NCBI GenBank assembly: GCA_045105515.1
Contig: JBGCDR010000404.1
Coordinates: forward strand, 1-16,274
DNA: 16,274 nucleotides
Source: Oligoflexales bacterium
Lineage (GTDB): Bacteria; Bdellovibrionota_B; Oligoflexia; Oligoflexales; Bog-1112
Reading direction: 5' to 3'
Below the pieces are notes generated by a model that did no database searches, was not told the DNA's origin, and saw nothing but the letters and a program-made list of their open reading frames with translations. Positions 9,778-16,274 of the stretch are shown one piece after another (the first letter of the stretch is position 1; every line of letters begins with the position of its first letter). A program made the translations under genes and the position numbers.

Positions 9778-9979
9778 TATTTTGCTCCTCTTCTATGACT
9801 TCAGCGACATCATATCTAACTGCTTTTCCTAGCTTATAGCAGGGTATCTTGCCTTCATGTCGCCACTTGCGAATTGAATAGATTGATACGCTAAGTGCTT
9901 TTGCAAGTTCCTCTGAATTGATGAGTTTACTTGGAGTTGGTTTTGCCTGCTTCACTAGTGTTAATCTGTTTTTGTTCAT
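9737..9979 (-). CDS. Excisionase-like HTH_17/AlpA/MerR-type DNA-binding protein
   Basis: LINSEELAKALSVSIYSIRKWRHEGKIPCYKLGKAVRYD is a typical Xis winged-HTH pattern. It overlaps the integrase start. Confidence 0.85.
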   Translation of the reverse strand: MNKNRLTLVKQAKPTPSKLINSEELAKALSVSIYSIRKWRHEGKIPCYKLGKAVRYDVAEVIEEEQNNAQKKRSRRAHDP

Positions 9980-10023
9980 AGTTTTTGTTCCTTTTCTTTA
10001 GGGTGTAACTCTCGATCATGTCT

Positions 10024-10060
10024 GTCATCGCGCCGAACAACGTGAGGATCAGGCGATCTC
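10024..10060 (+). repeat. Degenerate GTCA-tagged palindromic repeat
   Basis: GTCATCGCG...GCGATCTC shares its termini with the repeats at 8413-8519 and 15182-15250. It lies directly after the DUF3987 stop. Confidence 0.45.
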
Positions 10061-11719
10061 CTAGGCATTATCTTTGGTCTCTAAATTTGGGTTTAGTCTA
10101 ACCTCATCTTTTGCCCTGTAATTTATCTTTACCTGCTGAACAGATAGCCATCCTAGGTCTTCGAGAACAGTTAGGGCTTTATCGACTTGTTTTGGAGTAT
10201 CTAATGAAGACCAATGTTTGCGGTAAATTGATCTGACACTGCTGCCATCTTTAATTTGGCCATCAATGATTTTTTTTCCTAAGGCTCTAGCAGCTGTGAT
10301 ATCTGACTGGATTATGCTTGAGTATACTTTCCTAGCATGCTCTTCGAGCAAAATTAACCATTTTAATGATAATTCTAGGGCATCTAAACCGACCTCTTTG
10401 TGGGCCTTTGATTCATCGCAAAGTTGGAAAATGAGGGAAAGAGAAGGTAGTAAAGACCGGTATTTGGATAGGTGAGATTCAAATGCTGGAGTCTCGCAAT
10501 CTTGGCTTCTGAGTCTTCTTTCAAATTTTTCACGCCAATCATTAAATAGAATTTGTGCATCATTAGAAAAATGAAGTGCTGTTTGATTTGAATTACCACC
10601 AGAAGTAATATTAGCTATTTTCTTGTAAAGATTATAGACATTGTCTCTGGCTTTGCTATTGGGATGACGATCAATATTTTTCCAAGATTTTGGTAGTTCT
10701 GGATACATTAAGACTTGAAATCGTTGTATCATTCCATCATCACCAACCCCTGAATTTAGAGTTTGACCTATGTAGGCATCTAATTTTCCGGGTTGCAAAC
10801 CTCCAAAAATTGATAAACAGAGCGAAGGTATATGTAGAGTTCCTCGCCCAATTCTATCGACTCTGAAAGATCCATATCCATTCCAAGATTCCAAGAAAAA
10901 TTCTCGGTCTCCTTCCCTTCCTGATTTGTCAAGTGTTTTCAGCCAGCCTGATAACTCATCCCGAATAATCATTATTCCATCGGGATTTTCAAGAAGCAGA
11001 GCTCCAATTTTCTCCACAGTTGCATCATTTGTTTTGTAACGTTTTTCATGTACATTTATCGATTCTAATTCTTTCATTGCTTCCGTTATTTGATATTGGA
11101 TGCTTTCAATTTCATGGTTATTTCCTTTTTTGACTGCCTTTTTTACATTGTCTTTTAATCCTTCTAATTTTGCCTTTATTACGTCCTCTTTAGATTTAGC
11201 GACAATTAGAGCTGATTCATATTTTATTCGCTCTTTTTTAACAAGCTCCTCTAAAGGTTTTAAGGCTTCAGCAATTGCTGGGGATTTGAAAAAACCAGGT
11301 CTAGCAATGACCCCTCCCCATAAATTTGGCACAACCAACCAGTCATCTTTTTTCTTAGGATGGATTCCAATTTTACGGCCGATGATTGTAGATAAGCTTA
11401 CTACAGCTGGGGCTGCGATGAACTCAATTGGGATTTGCATTCGATCACAAATATCTTCTATCCATGGTCTAAGAGTTCCGGGAATCAGTTCAATTGACAT
11501 GTGAGGAACCTTTTTTGCCACTTCTGGAAGTGGTTCAGGAAGCTTCCATTCAGGTCTCGGTTTGACCAGACGCAGTGGTTCATATTTGTTAATGGATTTA
11601 GAAATAGATTGAATTTCTTGCTCAGGAAGGGGTTTTTCACAAATTGTTCGGTTCACTGTACTAAGAGTTATGTTGATACTGTCTGATTCAATACCTTGGC
11701 GTTTTAAAAAACTAGCCAA
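10061..11719 (-). CDS. DUF3987/YfjI-family P-loop replication (helicase-like) protein with N-terminal PriCT_1 remainder; C-terminal part of a frameshifted primase-helicase
   Basis: PNLWGGVIARPGFFKSPA (Walker A-like), RDELSGW, FFLESWNG..DRIGRG and DDGMIQRF are typical of DUF3987. N-terminal NRTICEKPLPEQEIQSISKS resembles PriCT_1. Confidence 0.85.
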   Translation of the reverse strand: MASFLKRQGIESDSINITLSTVNRTICEKPLPEQEIQSISKSINKYEPLRLVKPRPEWKLPEPLPEVAKKVPHMSIELIPGTLRPWIEDICDRMQIPIEFIAAPAVVSLSTIIGRKIGIHPKKKDDWLVVPNLWGGVIARPGFFKSPAIAEALKPLEELVKKERIKYESALIVAKSKEDVIKAKLEGLKDNVKKAVKKGNNHEIESIQYQITEAMKELESINVHEKRYKTNDATVEKIGALLLENPDGIMIIRDELSGWLKTLDKSGREGDREFFLESWNGYGSFRVDRIGRGTLHIPSLCLSIFGGLQPGKLDAYIGQTLNSGVGDDGMIQRFQVLMYPELPKSWKNIDRHPNSKARDNVYNLYKKIANITSGGNSNQTALHFSNDAQILFNDWREKFERRLRSQDCETPAFESHLSKYRSLLPSLSLIFQLCDESKAHKEVGLDALELSLKWLILLEEHARKVYSSIIQSDITAARALGKKIIDGQIKDGSSVRSIYRKHWSSLDTPKQVDKALTVLEDLGWLSVQQVKINYRAKDEVRLNPNLETKDNA

Positions 11720-12348
11720 AGAAAAAGGGTGCTATTTCTTTCTCCTTCTCTTATTTGGGATCTTTGACAATTTTTATTTTCTTGATTTTTACCTAGGATT
11801 AAATTTTCTAATTCTTTGGGTAAATTTAGAATGGGTTCTTTATTCATCCATTTATAAGTGGCATTGGAAGCATGAACCGATGGAGGGGCAACCACATAGC
11901 CTCCCTCACTTCGTATATCCACACCTGGAAGAAGATTAACCTTATTTTTGATGTTTTGATTCGGATATTGATAGTAAAGATGAAGTCCATTATCACCGGT
12001 TTCGACTGATAAAGTATTTTTTAATTTAAATCTTGTACTAAATTCATTCCAAGACTTGTCGCCGCCATGCCTGGGATCAATATCTACAACTACGAGGTTT
12101 GACTTTTTACCAGTCAAAATTCCAATATTTGCATTTGGCCATTTTTTCCACCATTGAAAAATTTCTAATGGTTCGGTACTTGCGTCCTTTAATCCATTTT
12201 TCGTTCTAGGATGTTTACCTGGACTATTGCAACTTGAGTTCCCACATGAGCATTTTCCTCCTTTACATTCGTAAATTGGGATGACTGACCATCCGCGTTC
12301 AATATAACTAAAAGCTATTAATTCTGGCCTGCTAACAAGGTTTGTCAT
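11704..12348 (-). CDS. Bifunctional DNA primase/polymerase (Prim-Pol), N-terminal part of the frameshifted primase-helicase
   Basis: GWSVIP, CSCGNSSCNSPGKHP, WPNANIGILTG, VVVDIDPRHGG, GLHLYY and GVDIRSEGGYVVAPPSVH are present. It ends in the PriCT start EGERNSTLF. Confidence 0.92.
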   Translation of the reverse strand: MTNLVSRPELIAFSYIERGWSVIPIYECKGGKCSCGNSSCNSPGKHPRTKNGLKDASTEPLEIFQWWKKWPNANIGILTGKKSNLVVVDIDPRHGGDKSWNEFSTRFKLKNTLSVETGDNGLHLYYQYPNQNIKNKVNLLPGVDIRSEGGYVVAPPSVHASNATYKWMNKEPILNLPKELENLILGKNQENKNCQRSQIREGERNSTLFLWLVF

Positions 12349-12442
12349 AATTTATCCATTACATATTTGCTATAATTTGACCATAGCTCCAGTGCTATTT
12401 TGATGTCAAGTAATTACGAATCTGCTATAAAGAAATTATGAC
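12344..12442. promoter_or_regulatory. Divergent promoter region with three 19-bp operator-like sites
   Basis: GTCATAATTTATCCATTAC (12344-12362), GCTATAATTTGACCATAGC (12369-12387) and the reverse complement of 12424-12442, GTCATAATTTCTTTATAGC. Leftward TTGACA (12409-12404)-N18-TATGGT. Rightward extended -10 TGCTATAAA (12423-12431). Confidence 0.7.
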
Positions 12443-12444
12443 TT

Positions 12445-12822
12445 TTGTTGGCAAGTATGGATGATGACATGAAGTTTGATGAATTTTTGAATAGAGCGAT
12501 AGAAGAACTAAAGCTGCAAAGAGTTAAGCTGGGCATGACTCAAGACCAGCTTGCGGCAAGGGTAAACAAACAACAATCTGTTATAGCTAGATTTGAAAAA
12601 GGAATTGTTCGTGACCCTCGCCTTTCAATGTTTTTTGATATATGCACCGGTCTTGATATAAGCCCTTCAGCCGTTTTTGAAAAAGCTGCTGGTAAGGGTA
12701 CAGAAACACCGGAATCTGAAGTAGTTGAAAAAAATAGGATAATTAGAAGTAAACTGAAACAGTTAAACAAGTCTGCAAGAGGGGACTTAGAAATAATAAA
12801 TGATGTTTTTAAGCTTATGTGA
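12445..12822 (+). CDS. XRE/Cro-CI family HTH transcriptional repressor (start may be ATG 12457 or 12469)
   Basis: LKLQRVKLGMTQDQLAARVNKQQSVIARFEKGIVRDPRLSMFFDICTGLDI is an HTH_3 pattern. It is divergent from the replication/integration operon. Confidence 0.9.
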   Translation: MLASMDDDMKFDEFLNRAIEELKLQRVKLGMTQDQLAARVNKQQSVIARFEKGIVRDPRLSMFFDICTGLDISPSAVFEKAAGKGTETPESEVVEKNRIIRSKLKQLNKSARGDLEIINDVFKLM

Positions 12823-12824
12823 CG

Positions 12825-13051
12825 AGGTGACAAAAGTGACAAAGGTACCACTGTCACTTTTGTCACCTTGATAGTTAGGTGTTTTCGGACCATTTTTTTA
12901 ACTCTTAACTGAAAAATGATGTTAGTTTTTATCAGATGTTTTGGCAGGATATATTGAGTTATTGAAAAATATTAAGATAAAAAGCCTATTCAACGAACTG
13001 ACAGCACTGACACCGTCACCAATTTATGGCCATGTCAGTTTTGTTAGTTCG
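12825..13051. other. Putative replication origin: two inverted iteron clusters flanking an AT-rich spacer
   Basis: Perfect 17-bp IR AGGTGACAAAAGTGACA (12825-12841) / TGTCACTTTTGTCACCT (12852-12868). Second, imperfect IR CGAACTGACAGCACTGACA (12994-13012) / TGTCAGTTTTGTTAGTTCG (13033-13051). TGACA recurs at 9-nt spacing. Confidence 0.6.
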
Positions 13052-13167
13052 ACGGGTAATCATTTTGAAGGATTTTTTTATTGATTGGCGGCATAACTTT
13101 AATTTGCAGGCTGATAAATGGATTTCAATACTTATTCTAGTGAGTCATAGAAAAATAGATTTAAAAA

Positions 13168-13977
13168 ATGTTTATTTTAAATCAAAACCAATGGAATATT
13201 CGGAGCAATCGGTTGAAGTGTTTCTATTATTATTTTTTTAATCCGGTGCCAGATTCAGTAGAGGATAACAATTCAAACTTAGCACTAAGGATTGACATTA
13301 AAAATACTCCCCTTGAGCTAGCTGTCATAACTTTTGATGATGCGAGCCCAAAAGCAATCAGATTTGAGATAAAAGGTCTTAAAAATGAGAAAATACCGAC
13401 TGATATTCTTGAAAAAATAGAATCCTTAAAAGAACATTATCTCTCTGTCATGCAACTAACTTTTGATCCATCAATCCGATATTTCCACCGTCCTATTTGG
13501 AATTTCGTGGATGATAACTCAGGTCCTAGCCTAAATTGTTCACTTAGATTTGAAGGAGCTCCAGACTATTCTAATCAGCAACAAGTTTTTCTAGCTACAT
13601 ATAATAAACGCAGTTTATTGCAACTTCTGGCTAATGGAAATGACAATGCAATACCTCTTCCATTTAGATATTTGTCTTTGTATAAGATTTTGGAGCACAA
13701 ATTCAAGAAAAAAGGGAAATGGAAAAAAGAGCAATTTAAAGAATTTCTCAATTCTTTTGCAGAAAAATGGATGCAATTGGATTTTCAAAAATCCATTCAA
13801 AAGCATATCCATTGTCTTAGGGATCGATGCGCACATGCTAAAACTAACTCTGACCAAATTGGAATAAGTACATTATCGAGGGAATCGTCAGTGGAGGTGG
13901 AAAAAGCCATCAGTGTCCTTGTGGATATGGGAAAGGTTATTGTGGGTTCGGAATGTGATGGAATAAAAATTCGGTGA
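13168..13977 (+). CDS. Hypothetical protein with C-terminal HEPN-like (ApeA/MauJ-like) domain
   Basis: RYLSLYKILE helix followed about 40 aa later by the Rx4H motif LRDRCAH (13819-13836). Confidence 0.6.
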   Translation: MFILNQNQWNIRSNRLKCFYYYFFNPVPDSVEDNNSNLALRIDIKNTPLELAVITFDDASPKAIRFEIKGLKNEKIPTDILEKIESLKEHYLSVMQLTFDPSIRYFHRPIWNFVDDNSGPSLNCSLRFEGAPDYSNQQQVFLATYNKRSLLQLLANGNDNAIPLPFRYLSLYKILEHKFKKKGKWKKEQFKEFLNSFAEKWMQLDFQKSIQKHIHCLRDRCAHAKTNSDQIGISTLSRESSVEVEKAISVLVDMGKVIVGSECDGIKIR

Positions 13978-14006
13978 TTTTTATTTTTAACCAGCTAATA
14001 TTATAT

Positions 14007-14074
14007 GTATTATTAAATAATACTAAAGAATCTTGAATATTCTCCGATCCGATAGTATAATCCGAGTTTGGAGG
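14007..14074 (+). promoter_or_regulatory. Sigma70 promoter, RBS and candidate operators of the antitoxin-Fic/Doc operon
   Basis: TTGAAT (14033-14038)-N17-TATAAT (14056-14061). GGAGG at 14070-14074. Palindrome GTATTATT-A-AATAATAC (14007-14023). TCCGA occurs three times (14043, 14048, 14061). Confidence 0.7.
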
Positions 14075-14081
14075 ATAGCCC

Positions 14082-14480
14082 ATGGAAGTCGTAAAAAAAT
14101 CATTTGAGGTCACTGGCGATACAGCTCAATTAATAGATGACTTTGTAGATCAAAATCCCGGAATGAGCTTTACATTAATTGCAAATCAAGCTCTTGATGC
14201 TTGGCTTAAGCAAGATAACTTAAGTTTGAAGTTAAGTAATCTTGCTTCGAGAGAGGCTATGCATGTTAAAAAGTCTGCAAATATCAATGCAGCCTATATA
14301 AATAAAATTGAATCTTATAAGAGTGGCTTTCCTGGGCTTAATGCTACTTTTATACTTAATGTCGCTTTACATGAGTGGCTAAAAAAACCTACATTTGTAA
14401 AGCCAAAGCGTTATACAGACGACGATATTGATGCGTTTATGGAAGAAAACAGTGAGTTGATGGATGAGCTAGCTAAATGA
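14082..14480 (+). CDS. Putative antitoxin with two tandem ribbon-helix-helix-like repeats and an acidic C-terminal helix
   Basis: Internal duplication VKKS...PGMSFTLIANQALDAWLKQ / VKKS...PGLNATFILNVALHEWLKK. The tail DIDAFMEENSELMDELAK resembles Doc-neutralising tails. ATGA overlap with the Fic/Doc gene. Confidence 0.65.
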   Translation: MEVVKKSFEVTGDTAQLIDDFVDQNPGMSFTLIANQALDAWLKQDNLSLKLSNLASREAMHVKKSANINAAYINKIESYKSGFPGLNATFILNVALHEWLKKPTFVKPKRYTDDDIDAFMEENSELMDELAK

Positions 14481-14929
14481 ACATAATCGAGTTGACTGTT
14501 GATGAAGTGATTGGGTTTAATCGAAAAGCAATAGAAAAACAGAGACACAAAGATCCAAACTGCCAAGAACAGCATCGAGTTATTCGTAAGAATGACTTGG
14601 AAGGAGCTATTCGAAGCGTCTTTTATCAATCCCAGAATGGTTATTTAAATCTTCCAATCGAAAAAATGGCTGGTTTATTGCTCCACAAAATTGCTCAAAG
14701 ACAGGCTTTTGAAAATGGAAATAAGAGGACTGCTGTTATAGCAGTTTTCGCATTCCTCAAGAATCACGGACTTCAGCTAAGATTGAAGGTTGATGAAGCT
14801 ATGAGCCTTATAAACGGTTTTGCGATACAACCAGGAGCAACTCAGCCAGAGAAGACCGAAGAAGATGCTATTCAGTATATTTTTGATAATGTAATGCCAA
14901 GTTTTAAAACCTCTTTAGGACATAAATGA
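14477..14929 (+). CDS. Fic/Doc family protein (Doc-like, variant motif QAFENGNKRTA)
   Basis: LEGAI...EKMAGLLLHKIAQRQAFENGNKRTAVIAVFAFLKNHG aligns by eye with the Doc HxFx(D/N)GNKRTA...FL..NG region. 150 aa. Confidence 0.85.
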   Translation: MNIIELTVDEVIGFNRKAIEKQRHKDPNCQEQHRVIRKNDLEGAIRSVFYQSQNGYLNLPIEKMAGLLLHKIAQRQAFENGNKRTAVIAVFAFLKNHGLQLRLKVDEAMSLINGFAIQPGATQPEKTEEDAIQYIFDNVMPSFKTSLGHK

Positions 14930-15168
14930 ATATTCACAAAGAACTAGAAGAGCTAGTTGGAAAATAGTGTGATCGAAGGGCTTATGCACTCCTGAGGGAG
15001 GTGCTTAAGGTTTTTCCTCAGGTAAATCCCCTTACCGATGGCAAACATCAGTTATATGAAGGTCTGAGAAAAATAGAAGGCGCGATGAGAAGCCATATGA
15101 CTGAAGAGGAAGATAGTAAGTTGGAAAAAATTCTTGATGAGATGAATAGAGCATTGTTTCCGGACTAA
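14926..15168 (+). pseudogene. Unannotated 80-codon ORF coupled to the Fic/Doc gene, interrupted by one in-frame TAG (14965-14967)
   Basis: ATGA overlap with the Fic/Doc stop. Reads MNIHKELEELVGK*CDRRAYALLREVLKVFPQVNPLTDGKHQLYEGLRKIEGAMRSHMTEEEDSKLEKILDEMNRALFPD*. Confidence 0.6.
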
Positions 15169-15181
15169 GGTTGACTTGGTT

Positions 15182-15271
15182 GAGATTCCCTGACGTACCT
15201 TCGGCGCTGGGAATGACAAGGGGACCCCTCGACTGGCGCTTCGGAGTGACGAGGCTAACGCTGGTGGTGAC
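15182..15271. repeat. TGAC-ended palindromic repeat cluster (same family as 8413-8519)
   Basis: GAGATTCCCTGACGTACCTTCGGCGCTGGGAATGAC (15182-15217), GGACCCCTCGACTGGCGCTTCGGAGTGAC (15222-15250) and a partial GCTGGTGGTGAC (15260-15271). Confidence 0.6.
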
Positions 15272-15280
15272 ACAGAACCA

Positions 15281-15300
15281 TCCCAATAATTTCCCAATAA
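15281..15300 (+). repeat. TCCCAATAA direct-repeat pair, candidate integrase arm-type sites (right end)
   Basis: TCCCAATAA at 15281-15289 and 15292-15300, same orientation as the pair at 8246-8267. Confidence 0.65.
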
Positions 15301-15410
15301 GTGGTGAAAAACAGTCAAAATTAATAGCAAATGCACTACCTACCTAGACTTACCACTTCGCCACTTTTATCAATAAATACGAAATGATAACCATCGATAA
15401 AAATCGCACT

Positions 15411-16274
15411 TATACCAATCGTAAATAGTTTATAGACACCATAATGGTAATAATTTTTTGAGATAATTAACCCTACAAACCGACTTGATTATTGATGAAG
15501 TTAATTTGTTCCATATCCTGCAGGCTAAATTGTCTAGATCCTCATCTTTACTAATCACAATATTGCTGAAAAAATTATCTTTGAGCCACTGCCATAATTT
15601 TTCAATGGGGTTCAATTGTGGGCTATATGGGTGTAAATCCAAGATACTAATATTGGCTGGTATGATCAAATCCTTGGAGTTTGAATGCCAACCAGCATTG
15701 TCCATAACTAAAATAATATGTGTGTCTGCAGGTAATTCATCACTTATTTGACTCAAATGGATATTCATTACGTCAGTAGAGCACTCACCGCAAACTAAGC
15801 CTGATGATTCACCAGATACTGGATTTACAGCCCCAAAAACGTAGGTCGAACGATACCCGGTTTGCTTAACAGCATTCACCTTCGAACCTTTGAGTCTCCA
15901 TACTGCTTTTAACCTGGTTTTTTCTCCAAATCGGCTTTCATCCTGATACCAAATTTGAAGTTTTTTTTTGGATGTTGGTCTGCGGTAAACTTCACAAAAT
16001 TAGGTAAGGTAGATTCCTTCCATCTTTTAATAGCCTCTTCATCATGCTTTTCATGGTGCGGACGAGGTTTTCCTTTACTAAAGTTGAGTCTCTTTAGAAG
16101 TTTTTCCGTTCCAGATACTGAGTAGGTCGTTCCATACTCTTCTTCAATTATTTTCCTTATATACTTAGCAGTAAGTACGCTAACATCGTCATGTTCAACT
16201 GGCCCTTGTTGAATCCGCTCAACTAAAGATGCTTCTAATTCCCGTTTCAAATATGTAGGCCTACCACTTTTAGG
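15411..16274 (-). mobile_element. IS630-family insertion sequence (runs off the right edge of the window)
   Basis: Transposase on the minus strand. The end TA|TACCAATCGTAAA at 15411 is consistent with the TA target of IS630. Confidence 0.85.
15430..16274 (-). CDS. IS630 transposase split in two frames (HTH ORF to 15909; DDE ORF), joined by a -1 shift at an A9 run; 5' end outside the window
   Basis: The -1 frame after the A9C run (plus-strand T9 15961-15969) gives LQIWYQDESRFG, then VMDNAGWH and PYSPQLNPIEKLW (DDE triad). The upstream ORF has the winged-HTH pattern YSVSGTEKLLKRLNFSKGKPRPHH. Confidence 0.92.

Larger units (their letters stand above)
8175..15412. mobile_element. Compact satellite-like (PICI-like) integrative element at a groEL-tail att site; right end interrupted by IS630
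   Basis: int-xis-DUF3987-PrimPol operon, divergent XRE gene, iteron region and cargo genes. TCCCAATAA pairs lie near both ends. The right att core is not seen in the window. Confidence 0.75.

Noticed and set aside
8273..11939. Plus-strand ORFs 8273-8503, 8687-8926, 10266-10475, 11100-11504, 11501-11686 and 11670-11939, and the nested minus ORF 10384-10599
   Set aside because: They overlap the integrase or primase-helicase genes or a terminator/repeat, and have no independent coding evidence.
12540..13241. ORFs 12540-12893 (-) and 13026-13241 (+)
   Set aside because: Antisense to the repressor or running through the iteron region. KVTKVT and LSLLSP simply reflect the DNA repeats.
14965..14967. 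Amber recoding (pyrrolysine or alternative genetic code)
   Set aside because: TAG terminates the integrase, the DUF3987 gene and the groEL tail normally, and no recoding machinery is visible.
13615..15751. ORFs 13615-13857, 13634-13867, 14411-14629, 15032-15286, 15052-15336 and 15485-15751
   Set aside because: Shadow or alternate-frame ORFs over better-supported genes, repeats or the transposase.

Overview
Accessory, AT-rich region that reads as two tandem genomic islands joined at a copy of the groEL 3' tail (GGMGGMM*, 8175-8198). Left island (1 to ~8170) is a defence cluster: type I R-M hsdS cut at nt 138 by what looks like an ISAs1-family end, hsdR with a 1-nt frameshift near its 3' end, a GmrSD-like DUF262/DUF1524 protein and a DUF4062-domain protein. 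Right island (~8170 to >15410) is a compact satellite-like integrative element. It has a leftward operon (Prim-Pol primase, DUF3987 helicase-like protein, excisionase, tyrosine integrase), a divergent XRE repressor with three 19-bp operators, and an iteron/AT-rich putative origin. Paired TCCCAATAA arm-type repeats lie at both ends and no packaging genes are visible. Its cargo is a HEPN-like (Rx4H) protein and an unusual three-gene module: tandem-RHH antitoxin, Fic/Doc with Gln in place of the catalytic His, and an unannotated 80-codon ORF with one in-frame TAG. An IS630 element is inserted just inside the predicted right att end. GTCA/TGAC-tagged palindromic repeats occur three times, one in-frame inside the integrase tail. 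Family assignments come from motif recognition by eye, with no database search. Some frameshifts may be sequencing errors.
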